From a virus (lineage: Duplodnaviria; Caudoviricetes): 37,063 bases of DNA. The notes below the pieces were generated by a model. It was not told the DNA's origin. It was given only the letters and a program-made list of their open reading frames with translations, and made no database searches. The position numbers were made by a program, and so were the translations under genes. The stretch covers positions 1 through 37,063 of IMG/VR virus record IMGVR_UViG_3300049140_000079; one strand, given 5' to 3'. This document shows, piece by piece, positions 15,255 through 25,188 of the stretch; the first letter of the stretch is position 1; the number at the start of each line of letters is the position of its first letter.

Positions 15255-15866
15255 TCAGCCTCCTGGTTTGCAGGTGTAGGTGGTGGATCCCGGTTCGACG
15301 GGAGTGCAGGTGTGCGTGACGCCGAGATGGTCGGTGTAGGTCCAGCCGCTCGGTGGCGGCCCAGCCGGGCCTCTCTCGCCCTGCGGACCCGGAACGGTGG
15401 AATCCTTGCCGTCCACGCCGTCGTTGCCGTCCGCTCCGGGCTCCCCACGTGGTCCAGGAGGGCCGGTAACGCTCTCTCCTGGTTCGCCCTTCGGCCCCGG
15501 GCTGCCCGCCACTCCCGCCACTCCCGGCGGTCCCGTAGGGCCGGCAACACCGTCTCGGCCCGGCCTTCCGGCAGGCCCGCTCGGGCCTGGGGAGCCGCGA
15601 GGCCCGACGATCGTCTGCCCTGGAGGGCCCGTCTCGCCGCGTTCGCCACGCTCACCAGGAGGGCCGACAGACGGTGAGACGAGAGGCGTACCACCTAGCC
15701 GTTCCACCTGGTCGGACAGGACCTGCTGGTTCTCTTCCGCCTTACGGAGCTGGTCGCCGAGAGCGTTGACCTGGATCGAAGCCCACACGCCGAGCAGCGC
15801 CACGACACCGGCAATCGCGATGATGAGCCAGTTCCGGCGGGCCCTGCGCACGTGTTCGCCCATCAT
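15255..15866 (-). CDS. Membrane-anchored collagen-like protein of the lysis cassette
   Basis: N-terminal TM, short coiled coil, long Gly-X-Y tract, C-terminal two-Cys domain. Confidence 0.85.
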   Translation of the reverse strand: MMGEHVRRARRNWLIIAIAGVVALLGVWASIQVNALGDQLRKAEENQQVLSDQVERLGGTPLVSPSVGPPGERGERGETGPPGQTIVGPRGSPGPSGPAGRPGRDGVAGPTGPPGVAGVAGSPGPKGEPGESVTGPPGPRGEPGADGNDGVDGKDSTVPGPQGERGPAGPPPSGWTYTDHLGVTHTCTPVEPGSTTYTCKPGG

Positions 15867-16186
15867 GAGCCGCCCCGGGCGGCGAGCCAGATCTGGACCA
15901 CGATGGACACCATCATGAACAGCGCCGGCAGCAGGCCCGCGTACACGGCCTGGCGGACGTTGGTGCCGCGCTTCTCCGTTGCCGCGTCGATGGACGTCTT
16001 GAGCGCCTTGAGTTCTTCGGTGACTTGGCGGCGCAGGTCGGCCACGTCGTTTTCCACTTCCGTGAAGCGCCGCTCGGCGAGCCGCTGGTCTGCGGCGTAT
16101 TCAGCTCTGGAGACGAGTTGGGCGAGCATGGCGGTCAGTCCATCGAGGCGTCGCGTGAGTTCGCCCAGGGTTGGCTCATCGGCCAC
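15863..16186 (-). CDS. Coiled-coil protein with C-terminal TM (lysis cassette)
   Basis: GAGGAG RBS, GTG start [10 protein letters not shown]; ATGA overlap. Confidence 0.75.
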   Translation of the reverse strand: MADEPTLGELTRRLDGLTAMLAQLVSRAEYAADQRLAERRFTEVENDVADLRRQVTEELKALKTSIDAATEKRGTNVRQAVYAGLLPALFMMVSIVVQIWLAARGGS

Positions 16187-16210
16187 ATCGCTCCTCGCTG
16201 GTGAAGAGGG

Positions 16211-16248
16211 GTGCCGCCCGCCCCGCACCCTCAGCAGACGGGCGGCAC
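16211..16248 (-). terminator. Stem-loop between tail and lysis genes
   Basis: gtgccgcccg/cgggcggcac 10-bp stem. Confidence 0.5.
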
Positions 16249-16271
16249 GTCAAGGGGTTCGGCAGCAGGGC

Positions 16272-16802
16272 TTAGCTGATCTTCGTGATCCGCAACCAGG
16301 ACCCCGCACGCATGACTGTGGCGTCACCGGCGTTGAGCTGCGCCTGAGCCCATCGCAACCGGATGGTCCCTGAGGTGCCAGCGACTCGCAGGATGCCGTA
16401 TGGGCGTGCAGTAATTCTGAAAGCATTTCCAGCGCCACCGCTCCCTAGGCCTACGGCAACGGCTCCATCAGCAATGTTGCGCGATTGCATGTCATAGTTC
16501 GGTGTGCCTTGAGCGTCGTAGTTATTGAACGAGCCCGGGTTCCATAGCATCGTCGCACCAGCGGGACTGCTCCAGGTGAAATGCAAACCACCAGTAGGCT
16601 GGTTGGCGGAATATATGAGCAGCCCTTCAAGGACGTAGTCCGTGTTGGCCGCGACCGCGAGCAGCAGATGGTCGTCATCCTGAAGGGTGCCATTGGCCAC
16701 GGACTCGTCCGACGGCTTGATGACGTGGTTGTGCTGCGGGAGCCTCATCAGGTCTGCGGCATTCAGGATCTGCCCTGAGACCCAGTTAACGAAGCCGGGC
16801 AT
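16272..16802 (-). CDS. Small tail-tip/receptor-binding protein
   Basis: WVSGQILNAADL N-terminal tail-fibre anchor; beta-rich C-terminus (GTIRLRWAQ..AGSWLRI). Confidence 0.7.
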   Translation of the reverse strand: MPGFVNWVSGQILNAADLMRLPQHNHVIKPSDESVANGTLQDDDHLLLAVAANTDYVLEGLLIYSANQPTGGLHFTWSSPAGATMLWNPGSFNNYDAQGTPNYDMQSRNIADGAVAVGLGSGGAGNAFRITARPYGILRVAGTSGTIRLRWAQAQLNAGDATVMRAGSWLRITKIS

Positions 16803-16813
16803 GACCGCCCCTC

Positions 16814-18658
16814 CTAGAAGCCGAGGGCGTTCTCATCGAGCCTGCCCAAGATCGAGTTGTTGAGAACAAAGAAGGATCCGTACTTGGTGGCGGACTGCAG
16901 CGTCCACGTGGTGATCCATGTCGCCCCAGTTGTCTGGTGCGAGATGCCTCGAATGAACACATCCCGGGTGATCGGGTCGCCGCCGCCGGCCGGCTGCCGG
17001 ATGATGCGGATCCGGTCGCCAATTTCGCGGCTCAGCACGATGGGGAAGAGCACGTCAGGGTTGGCGTGGGCGTGGATCTCGAGGAAGTCGAAGCGCGTCT
17101 CGGGCTCCTTGGACACGTACAGGATCCAGCTCGCGTAACCGGCCACCGCCGTGTCGTCCTGCAGCAGCAGCCCGGACGCCGGGAACGTCTTGACCAGGAA
17201 CTCGCCCTGGCTGGCCGCGTCGCCTGCGACCTGCTCGACGCCGCCTTCGCGTTGGGCGCGGATCTCGTTCCACAGGGTTGCGTCGTCGGTGACGAGCTTC
17301 GTCCGCGCCGGAGTGAAGACCCCGTTGGTGCCGAACGTCGCCTGCACCGTGTTTGATCTGCTGTCCAGGATCAGCGCCTGCCGGTTGCGGAACACCACCC
17401 GGCCGGACGCGTCGATGTACAGTTCACCGATCTCCGACTCTGCGACCGCCTGCAGCTCGGCGAGCGCTTCGCCCTCCAGCTCGGTGGCCTGCAGTGTGCT
17501 GTTGCCTGTCGCGATCGACCGGTCGGTGGGCGGCCAGCCTGCGGAGTCGAGGATCCGGGAGACGCGTGCCCCGGCGTTCTCGCCTGCGCCCACCGGAGCG
17601 ACCGCGGGCCTGCGCCGGTTGCGGAGGACCTTGAAGCCGTCCGTGGCGGTGACGAGCGCCTCCGAGTAGACGTCGGCGACGTGGTCGACGTCCCACTTGT
17701 CGATGAAGCCCCGCCACAGGTCGTAGGTGACGGCGTTCCAGGTGGCCCTGTATCTGATGGGCCGCATCGCGGTGACCTTGCTGCGGACGCCGGTCGCGTA
17801 CGGGCCGTCCAGCGCGGTCGGGTCGAAACGGCGGTCGGTGTTGTTGACGTGGCAGGAGGCTGTGCCGGCGTCGTACCGGATCACGGGGGACTCGACGCGG
17901 GAGGAGCCTCGCCGGGTGGTGATGCCGCGCTTGGCTCTCAGCGTCACGTTCGTCCACGTGCCCTGAACGGGGCCGATCCGCTGGTCGGACACGGCCACGT
18001 TGTCCATGTGCCAGTAGCCGCCCGCATCCCGCTGCAGGTGCCATTCGACCATGCCCGGCTTCCCGGACGGCCACGTCTGGGTGGAGCTGATGGCGTAGTC
18101 GGTGGCGATGGCGGAGCTGGCGTCGTCGTACCGCCAGATCTCCGCCGTGCCCGAGCCTGTCGAGTCGATCGTGTAGCGCAGTTCGACCCTGCACCACTGG
18201 CCTGTGGGCACGGGGGTGGTGAGCTGCGCCGCGATAGAGATGGAGAAGCCGAGGTAGACGCGCAGGCTCCGCGTCGAGGTCATCCACACGGCGCTGACCA
18301 CGCCGGTAGGCCCCTGCACCACGGCAACGCGCTGGATGGCGCTGGTCGCGCTCGCCAGGTACATGTACAAGCGCAGACAGAAGACGTTCCCGACCTGCGT
18401 GACGCCGGTCCAGTCCATGTGGCAGTCGGCGCCCGAGGTCGGGTTCATCGCCGACAGGCCGGACCCGCCGAACACCTGGGCGTTGGAGAAACGCGGCGCC
18501 CCGGTGATGACGTTGAACGCGCTCCCGGACGATCCGCCGCTGTTCCCCGTCGTGATCGTCGTGTTGTTCGTCCCGCCGTCGAAGCTGTTCGTCTTCGCGT
18601 TCCCGGCGGGAGCGGTGTTGTCGAACATCACCTCGACGCTGATCTGCGGCAGGCTCAC
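16814..18658 (-). CDS. Minor tail (hub/baseplate) protein with N-terminal lectin-like insertion
   Basis: Directly follows tape measure; NNTDRRFDP, LWRGFID, ESEIGELYIDASG, REIGDRI motifs; beta-sandwich insert with GQWCRVEL..WHMDNVAVS. Confidence 0.8.
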   Translation of the reverse strand: MSLPQISVEVMFDNTAPAGNAKTNSFDGGTNNTTITTGNSGGSSGSAFNVITGAPRFSNAQVFGGSGLSAMNPTSGADCHMDWTGVTQVGNVFCLRLYMYLASATSAIQRVAVVQGPTGVVSAVWMTSTRSLRVYLGFSISIAAQLTTPVPTGQWCRVELRYTIDSTGSGTAEIWRYDDASSAIATDYAISSTQTWPSGKPGMVEWHLQRDAGGYWHMDNVAVSDQRIGPVQGTWTNVTLRAKRGITTRRGSSRVESPVIRYDAGTASCHVNNTDRRFDPTALDGPYATGVRSKVTAMRPIRYRATWNAVTYDLWRGFIDKWDVDHVADVYSEALVTATDGFKVLRNRRRPAVAPVGAGENAGARVSRILDSAGWPPTDRSIATGNSTLQATELEGEALAELQAVAESEIGELYIDASGRVVFRNRQALILDSRSNTVQATFGTNGVFTPARTKLVTDDATLWNEIRAQREGGVEQVAGDAASQGEFLVKTFPASGLLLQDDTAVAGYASWILYVSKEPETRFDFLEIHAHANPDVLFPIVLSREIGDRIRIIRQPAGGGDPITRDVFIRGISHQTTGATWITTWTLQSATKYGSFFVLNNSILGRLDENALGF

Positions 18659-21600
18659 GTCGTACGCCTCCAGGCGGCGCCGGATCCCCGCTCGTACTCC
18701 TGGATGGCGGACACGACTCGGCGGCCGATTTCCGGTCCGGAGTCCATGCCTCCGTGGACGGTGATGTTGTAGACGGGCGCCGGCCGGTACATGCCGCCTC
18801 CTCCCGCAGACACCGCTGACCTGGACACGGGCATGGTGCGGTAGAACCTGCCGCCGAACTTCTCAGCGACCTCGGAGAGGATCTCCTCCGACCGGCCGCG
18901 CTTGGACATGGCGAGAGGGATGTAGGCCTCCCCGCCGGTTTCGGGCTCGTTCCACACGCGGGTGATGCCGGGGCCGGCGATCTGGGCGACGTGGTTCTCA
19001 GCGCCGCCGGCGAAGTAGGCGATGCCGCCGTCCGCGTAGTGGGCGTTGACCTGCATGCTGTACTTCATCAGCCAGGCGTTCATGGTGGCGTCGGCCTCGG
19101 CCGTGTCCACGATGATGCGCACCTGGCGGTCGGAGCCGACACCCTTGCTGATCTCCAGGCCCACCCGCAGCGCAGCGTCATAGACCGACGTCCGGCCGCC
19201 GTCCATGCCTTCACGGACCTTGTCGGCGACCTCCTTGCCGCGCTGTGCGGCGATCTCCCGAAGGATCGGCGCGGCCTCCTCCAGATTCCTGGCGAAGGTG
19301 TCGCCGGCTTCCTTGCCGCTGCGGCCGTGCAGTTCGATGAACCTCTTCAACTCCGCGTCGCTCATGTCCGCCGCGGCGGCGATGACCCCGGCCGCGCCCG
19401 GGCCCAGCTTGGCGAGTTCGGCGAGCATGGAGTCCGGCACCCGGCCGGCGAGCCGGATCAGGTTGTCGGCCCACCGCTCCTGGTCGGCGACCTGCTTCTC
19501 CAGCTCGCGCAGCAGTTCCTCGCTGGTGAGCTTGGCGTCGCCGCGCAGCTTCGCGTACGACTCCATCACGCTGTCGTTGGCGTCGCGGGTGTCGCGGGCC
19601 ACCTCGCGGCGGGTGTCGCGGACCCGCTGCTCGGCCTCCGTCACGTCGCGGGCCGCGTCACGCACCGCGTTGGCCGCTTCTGACTGCGCCTCTGCGATCT
19701 GGCGGGCGGAGTCCTTGGCCGTCTGCGCGGCCTCCTTCTCCGCGCGGGCCACCTCCTCCTGCGCCTCCTTGACTGCGCGCGCGTTCTCGGTGCGGGTGCG
19801 GTCCAGCTCCGTTTCGGCGTCCGCAAGCTGACGTTCGGCGTCCTCCCGCTGCCGGGCCGCGTCGCGGTGCGCGTCCGCGAGCGCCTGCTCGGCGTCGCCG
19901 ACCGCGCGGGCGTTCTCCTCCCGCTGCCGGGACGCGGCCTCTTCGGCCTCGGACTCCGCCCGGCGCGCGTCCTCGATGCGGCCGATCGCGTCCACGACCT
20001 CGGACGACCCGTCGATGCCGCGCCTCTGCGCGTCGGCGAGATCCTCCCGCAGCTCCTGGTTGCGGCGCCGCACCTCCTCCAGCCGCTGGAGAGCCTGCCG
20101 GTAGGCGAGCTCCGCCTCACGCCGGTCGAGGTCGCTCGCCTCCGGGTCGGCGTTGATCTCCTCCATCCGCTGGCGGGCCCGCTCGATCGCCAGGGCAGCG
20201 CCCTCCTCGTCGAGGGCGCTGCCGGACTCGGCGGCGATCAGGTCTTCGAGCCGTTCCTGTGCCCGCTCCCGGGCCGCGGTGAGGTCCTCGACCGCGTCCG
20301 CGGTGCGCCGGTGCGCGTCCTGGATGCGCCGCTCGGCATCCACCTGCCGGGCCGCCGCGTCCTGCTGGGCGTCTGCGAGCCGCCGCTCAGCATCCTCGAT
20401 CCGCCGGCCCGACTCCTCCGCCGCGCGGGCGGCCTGCTCGCGGGCGTCCTCGACACGGCGCTGCGCGTCCGCCTCCCGCTGTGTGCCTTCCTCCACCGCG
20501 GCGGCCACGCCGGCCTCAGCGTCGCGGATGCGGTCCTGCGCGGCTTCCGCAGCGTCGGCCGCGGCACGCTGGGCGTCCTTCACCCGCTGCTTGGCCGCTG
20601 CGATCCGCTCGGCCGACTGCTCCTGCACGTCGGCGAGCTCCTGCTCAGCCCGGGCGATTCGTTCGGCGCCCTGCCGCTGCACCTCAGCCGCACGGGCATG
20701 CGCCTGCGCCGCGCTCCCCACGCCGGAGGAGCGCTGCTGCACGTTGCCCATCACCTCGCCGAGCTGCACGAAGCTGGTGTACGCGCCCGCCCACGCCTTC
20801 TGCATCTCCTGGGACGCTTCATCGGCGGCGGAGGAGATCACGCCGAAGTCCTGGGCGGCCTGCCGGCTGCTCTGCGACATGGCGATGTTCGTGCGCTCTA
20901 CCTGCATCGACTGGACCGTGATCTCGCCGAGCGCGGCGCCGAACGGCAGGAGCACCGCCGTCAGCGTCTTGACGAGCCCGGCATGCTCGGACACCCACTT
21001 GCCGAAGTTCGCGAGTTGCACGGTCACCTCAGCCGCCCATTGCGCGACTTTGGCCAGGTTGACGGCCATGTCGCCGAGAAGCTGCGGGTTCTCCTCAACA
21101 GCCTGCGTGACGGTGGTGATCGCCGCCGCCAGGCGCTGCATGATCTCCGGAAGCCGGGGGCCCAGATCAGCCAGCACGGCCTCGAACGCCCGCTCGATGC
21201 CGTCGATTGCCGGGCTGAGCTCGGACAGGGAGTCAATGCCGCGCTCGGCGAACTCCTCGAACTCCGGGGCGAGCTCGCCCAGCTCGCGCCGCACGATCGG
21301 CGACAGTTCGCCCAGTTCCCGCTGAGCGGCGAGAGAGATCGCGGTCCAGACGCGCTCGAACGGCTGCCCCATCAGCTCGGCTTCGCGCTTGGCCGCCGTC
21401 TTGAGCTGCCCGATCGCGTCCTGAGCCGCTTCACTGCCCGCCGCCGCAGCAAGCCCGAGGCCGGCCAGCGCCCCGCCCAGCCCGACCGTGACGGCGTTGG
21501 CGGCCATCGCGGCGACGGCCGGAAGGGAGACGATCGCGGCCCCGAGCTCGAACATGGTCGACGGCCCGGATGACCGAATCATGGTGAGGGCGTTCTGCAG

Positions 21601-22185
21601 CAGACCGAGTGCGGATGCTGCCGCCGAAGCGCCGTCCACATCGACCTGGACGTTGATCCGCCGGTCGAGGTCGCGCGCCTGCCGCTCTACCCGGTCCAGG
21701 TCGCGCACGACTCTCTCGACGTTCGCGCCGACCATGACTTCCGGACGCATGGCGGCCAGCTCGAGCAGTTGGCGGCGGATCGCCGCCGCCTCGTTCGCCG
21801 CCTCACCGGCGTCCACGTCGATGCCGATTCGCATGTCGGACAACGACCGCAGGCGCGTCGACAGGTCCGCCACCGCGCGCTCGGCGTCCGAGCTGTCCGC
21901 GGTGATCTCCACCGCAGGCAGCCGCTTGGTGGCGTCCTCCAGCAGCCGGCGGGTGGAGATGGCGGTCCGGCCGACGTCCTCGAGCTGCTGCCCGAACCGG
22001 TCGGCCTGAGCGCCGCTGGCGGCGAGTGAGGCGCTCTGCTGGCGGGCCTGCTTCTCCATCTGCTCCAGCTCGCGGGTGGCCTTCTTGGTGGCGTCCTCCG
22101 TCGCCTTCAGGCCCTTCTCGGCCTCCTTGGTGCCGAAGCTGTCCCACTTGGACTTGAAGCTGATGACCAGGTCACGAGTCGGCAC
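18655..22185 (-). CDS. Tape measure protein (1176 aa)
   Basis: Longest gene, follows the chaperones; A/E/R/Q-rich coiled coil; C-terminal YADGG..WNEPETGGEAYIPL motif. Confidence 0.92.
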   Translation of the reverse strand: MPTRDLVISFKSKWDSFGTKEAEKGLKATEDATKKATRELEQMEKQARQQSASLAASGAQADRFGQQLEDVGRTAISTRRLLEDATKRLPAVEITADSSDAERAVADLSTRLRSLSDMRIGIDVDAGEAANEAAAIRRQLLELAAMRPEVMVGANVERVVRDLDRVERQARDLDRRINVQVDVDGASAAASALGLLQNALTMIRSSGPSTMFELGAAIVSLPAVAAMAANAVTVGLGGALAGLGLAAAAGSEAAQDAIGQLKTAAKREAELMGQPFERVWTAISLAAQRELGELSPIVRRELGELAPEFEEFAERGIDSLSELSPAIDGIERAFEAVLADLGPRLPEIMQRLAAAITTVTQAVEENPQLLGDMAVNLAKVAQWAAEVTVQLANFGKWVSEHAGLVKTLTAVLLPFGAALGEITVQSMQVERTNIAMSQSSRQAAQDFGVISSAADEASQEMQKAWAGAYTSFVQLGEVMGNVQQRSSGVGSAAQAHARAAEVQRQGAERIARAEQELADVQEQSAERIAAAKQRVKDAQRAAADAAEAAQDRIRDAEAGVAAAVEEGTQREADAQRRVEDAREQAARAAEESGRRIEDAERRLADAQQDAAARQVDAERRIQDAHRRTADAVEDLTAARERAQERLEDLIAAESGSALDEEGAALAIERARQRMEEINADPEASDLDRREAELAYRQALQRLEEVRRRNQELREDLADAQRRGIDGSSEVVDAIGRIEDARRAESEAEEAASRQREENARAVGDAEQALADAHRDAARQREDAERQLADAETELDRTRTENARAVKEAQEEVARAEKEAAQTAKDSARQIAEAQSEAANAVRDAARDVTEAEQRVRDTRREVARDTRDANDSVMESYAKLRGDAKLTSEELLRELEKQVADQERWADNLIRLAGRVPDSMLAELAKLGPGAAGVIAAAADMSDAELKRFIELHGRSGKEAGDTFARNLEEAAPILREIAAQRGKEVADKVREGMDGGRTSVYDAALRVGLEISKGVGSDRQVRIIVDTAEADATMNAWLMKYSMQVNAHYADGGIAYFAGGAENHVAQIAGPGITRVWNEPETGGEAYIPLAMSKRGRSEEILSEVAEKFGGRFYRTMPVSRSAVSAGGGGMYRPAPVYNITVHGGMDSGPEIGRRVVSAIQEYERGSGAAWRRTT

Positions 22186-22507
22186 GGCGGAGCACCTCCT
22201 CGTTCTTCAGCAGCACGATGTGCACTCCGCGGTCCTTGGAGTCTGCGAACGCCTCGCGGGCGCCTTCCTTGACCTGGCAGCCGCGGCACTGGACGGCTTC
22301 GGCGACGTAGGCGTAGCGGTGGCCGCCCTTGGTCTCGTCCCACTCGTCCGGCCTGGTCCCGCAGGACCGGCAGGTTTCGCGCCGCCAGATGTGATGCCAG
22401 ATCGCCTTGTCCCGGTCGTCCTGGTCCCAGGCGAGGAACTGCGAGTGAGAGATGCCGTAGGCGGCACAGACGTCCAGCTCTAGGACGAGCGTTCGGTCCG
22501 CTCCCAT
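22172..22507 (-). CDS. Tail assembly chaperone, frameshifted C-terminal part (gpT-like)
   Basis: In the -1 frame relative to the upstream gene right after CCCAAAA. Confidence 0.75.
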   Translation of the reverse strand: MGADRTLVLELDVCAAYGISHSQFLAWDQDDRDKAIWHHIWRRETCRSCGTRPDEWDETKGGHRYAYVAEAVQCRGCQVKEGAREAFADSKDRGVHIVLLKNEEVLRRADS

Positions 22508-22983
22508 CCTTTTGGGAGCGACTCGTCGGGGGTGCGAATGTTGACCCGGATCGCGGCGTTACCGGCCACGATCTGCTCAGCGTTGCTGAGCCCGATCTCC
22601 CAAAGCCGCTCCCATTCCTCCTGCGACAACTCGCCCTCGACGCAGGCGAGGAAGCACGCCTTGGGGAAGGTGTCGAGGTTGTACATGTCGTCCCTGGTGT
22701 CCGGCCGAGGCGGGTGCGCGGCCACGAGCGCCTCGAAGTCCGCTGCCAGCAGCGCCCGCAGCGTGACGAACTCGAAGCACGCCTGGAGCTTGTCCTCTGC
22801 CGCCTTGACATCGGCACGGGCCTGCTGCAGGGCGGGCTCGGCGGCGCCGCCCTGCAGCAGCAGCATGGTGAGCAGGCGGCGTGCCCGCTCCAGTTCGTCG
22901 CGGGCCGCCGTATCGTCATCGACCCGGAGCGGGAACTGCCCGCTGGGGCGCGGCCGGTTGAGCAGCCGTTCCCGCAGGCTCAC
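22480..22983 (-). CDS. Tail assembly chaperone (gpG-like)
   Basis: Between major tail and tape measure; ends at the slippery site. Confidence 0.8.
   Translation of the reverse strand: MSLRERLLNRPRPSGQFPLRVDDDTAARDELERARRLLTMLLLQGGAAEPALQQARADVKAAEDKLQACFEFVTLRALLAADFEALVAAHPPRPDTRDDMYNLDTFPKACFLACVEGELSQEEWERLWEIGLSNAEQIVAGNAAIRVNIRTPDESLPKGWERTERSS
22510..22516 (-). other. -1 programmed ribosomal frameshift site C CCA AAA
   Basis: X XXY YYZ in frame (CTC CCA AAA GGA); a -1 slip continues into R-MGADRTLV. Confidence 0.8.
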
Positions 22984-23465
22984 GCCGGGATCACCACGTT
23001 CTCAGCGGGCTCGTCGGTGATGGCGTACTGGATGACGAGCGGAGCGGCGTTGGCGGCCATGTTGCGCTGCTTGCCGACAGACAGCACCCGGACGGGGTAA
23101 ACGTCCATGAGGTTGCCGGGCACGTCACCGCCGTCCATCCAGATGACGTTGCCGTCCTCGTCGCGCGGCATCAGCGAGCGAACATCGAGCCCGTCCTGCC
23201 CCTGGTAGAAGGTGATACTGGAGTCCTCGGCCGAGATAAGGCCGGGGATGTTCGACACGTACCTGCTGTTCAAATCCGGGGTGTCGATCTTGGCGCCGGT
23301 GACATTCCACCCGGCGATGTCCAGGATGTCCTTCGACAGGTCATCCCCCGCGTTGATCTCCGCCCGGGTCACCGCCAGGATGTTCGAGATCGACGGCACC
23401 CAGATGCAGCGGGTGATGCCCGGCCGGAAGAATCGCTTCGCGGGCGTGATCGGCGTAGCAGCCAT
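22980..23465 (-). CDS. Major tail (tube) protein
   Basis: TRAEINAGDDLS..GW..IDTPDL..PG..DVYPV pattern of actinophage tube proteins; position. Confidence 0.85.
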   Translation of the reverse strand: MAATPITPAKRFFRPGITRCIWVPSISNILAVTRAEINAGDDLSKDILDIAGWNVTGAKIDTPDLNSRYVSNIPGLISAEDSSITFYQGQDGLDVRSLMPRDEDGNVIWMDGGDVPGNLMDVYPVRVLSVGKQRNMAANAAPLVIQYAITDEPAENVVIPA

Positions 23466-23710
23466 TACTGCTCTCCCCTCGTGCTGCGCCGACCCTTCGG
23501 CGACTCAGATGCAGGCTTGGATTCGGGCAAAGAAGAAGCCCCGGCGGTCTTCACCGGGGCTTCGTGGGTCTCGCGCTGGTGCGCGGGCGGCTCAGGAGGC
23601 GGCGGGTCGGTCTCCTCCCAGCCCGCACGGCGCCGCTGCTGGAAGCTGGCGGCGGGGACCTGCACCTTGCGACCCTCCAGATGTGGGTGGGTCATCCAAA
23701 TCTTGTCCAC
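23465..23710 (-). CDS. Small hypothetical virion-region protein
   Basis: GGAGGGG RBS; TAATG coupling to the major tail gene. Confidence 0.6.
   Translation of the reverse strand: MDKIWMTHPHLEGRKVQVPAASFQQRRRAGWEETDPPPPEPPAHQRETHEAPVKTAGASSLPESKPASESPKGRRSTRGEQ
23527..23563 (-). terminator. Intragenic terminator-like hairpin
   Basis: gaagccccgg/ccggggcttc followed by ttctttg on the minus strand. Confidence 0.5.
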
Positions 23711-23720
23711 GTGGCCCCTC

Positions 23721-24224
23721 CTACGAGCTCGCGCCGACGATGACGACGTCGTAGGTCACCGGCGTGCCGGCGGCACTGTTGACCAGGTCGACCAGGTCGC
23801 CGGTGCCCGCAGTGACGGCCACGCCCGCGGCGGACGGGTCGTACCACCAGAACATCCCGCCGGGCTTGACCGGGATCCCGTCACCGGCGGCCAGGAACAG
23901 CGGTGCGCCGTTGCTGGCCGGGCGGGTCACGTTGACGTTGTTGGTGTTGCCAGCCGCGGCCAGCACCAACAGCATCTTGATCCGGGCGAAGGTCAGGCTG
24001 GTGCCGAACGGACCGGTCAGCGAACCGGCTAGGTCGATCGAATCCGTCGCCGACGCGGCGATCGTGCGCCGGTCCGACCAGATCATGTTCGCCTGGCCGG
24101 CGCCCGCGCCTTCACCGAAGGCGATCTGCCGGGCCAGCTTCAGCAGGTTGGACGGGGTGGTCAGGTCGAGCGGGGAGGTCAGCTCCGATTCGAGCTGCCA
24201 ACTGGCCCGCAGGTTGAAGGCCAT
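23721..24224 (-). CDS. Virion structural protein (beta-rich, 167 aa)
   Basis: GAAAGGA RBS; located between neck and tail genes. Confidence 0.7.
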   Translation of the reverse strand: MAFNLRASWQLESELTSPLDLTTPSNLLKLARQIAFGEGAGAGQANMIWSDRRTIAASATDSIDLAGSLTGPFGTSLTFARIKMLLVLAAAGNTNNVNVTRPASNGAPLFLAAGDGIPVKPGGMFWWYDPSAAGVAVTAGTGDLVDLVNSAAGTPVTYDVVIVGASS

Positions 24225-24240
24225 CAGGGGGTCCTTTCGG

Positions 24241-24675
24241 TCATCGGAAGCCGTGCTCCCTCGCTGTCTCATCCACCGCAGCGACGGTGGCTGCCAGAGC
24301 GCCGTCCATGCCGGCTTCCGCCGCAGGCGCCAGATAGGGCCGGGTCTCCTGGTTCACCCACCGGTCGCGGTGGCCGTGCACCGGGTGGCGGAAGGTGGCG
24401 TTGCCGCGGATGCCCTCGTACGTTCGGCCATGAGGTGCGATCGCGCGCCGGACCCGCATGGACACGCCTGGGTCGCGCTTGGCGAACCGGATGCTGAGCG
24501 TGATCGCCCTCGGGATCCGTGCCGACCACGACGCACGCTGCCTGGCGTCCGCGACGATCGGCTCAGCCGCCGTCTTCAGAGCGGGGCGGAGCTTCTTGCG
24601 CAGTTCGGGCTCGATCGTGCCGAGATCCCGTTGCAGAACGCGGATCGCCTCTGTCGGGTCGGACGGGTCGGCCAT
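24241..24675 (-). CDS. HK97 gp10-like neck/tail-completion protein
   Basis: Basic protein; FRHPVHG..RPYLAPA; position. Confidence 0.75.
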   Translation of the reverse strand: MADPSDPTEAIRVLQRDLGTIEPELRKKLRPALKTAAEPIVADARQRASWSARIPRAITLSIRFAKRDPGVSMRVRRAIAPHGRTYEGIRGNATFRHPVHGHRDRWVNQETRPYLAPAAEAGMDGALAATVAAVDETAREHGFR

Positions 24676-25136
24676 CAGGCGTCCGTGAACGCGTCGATGT
24701 GAACGACGAACCTGATCGTGCACACCGGCCCGTCCGATGTCTGGTCGGCGATCATGTCCAAGGTGGACATCCGGGCCATCATGACCGTGTCGCCGAGCCG
24801 GGAGTCCTTGCCGAGCTCAGACCGGATACCGGCCAGCAGCTCGAACGCGCGCTCGCGAGTGGTGCGGGCGTCCGGCCGGCCGTCGCGGCGGGTGTCGCCG
24901 CGCCACGCGCTGACCAGGCACATGACGTCGTACCGTTCGAGGTCTGGCTGCATGTCGAGCTGTTCGCGCGTCAGTGTCGAGCGCACGTCCGGCTCGTTCG
25001 GGCTGCCGCTGTAGCCGATCTCGATCACATCGCGCTGAACGTGGTTGGTGGGCCCGCCGTCGAGGACCTGAACGTCCGGCCAAGCACGCTCAGCGAGCGC
25101 TACAAGCGCGTTCAGCGCGGCGGGGATGGTGGACAC
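24675..25136 (-). CDS. Tail terminator protein
   Basis: QVLDGGP..ERAFELLAGI..D..LG pattern; position. Confidence 0.7.
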   Translation of the reverse strand: MSTIPAALNALVALAERAWPDVQVLDGGPTNHVQRDVIEIGYSGSPNEPDVRSTLTREQLDMQPDLERYDVMCLVSAWRGDTRRDGRPDARTTRERAFELLAGIRSELGKDSRLGDTVMMARMSTLDMIADQTSDGPVCTIRFVVHIDAFTDA

Positions 25137-25188
25137 CGGAAAGCCTCCTCAATCGACTACAAACCGTCTGAAGACGTCTGGCGGGCGT

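Noticed and set aside
19867-21573. Long plus-strand ORFs opposite the tape measure gene
   Set aside because: Shadow frames of a GC-rich coiled-coil gene
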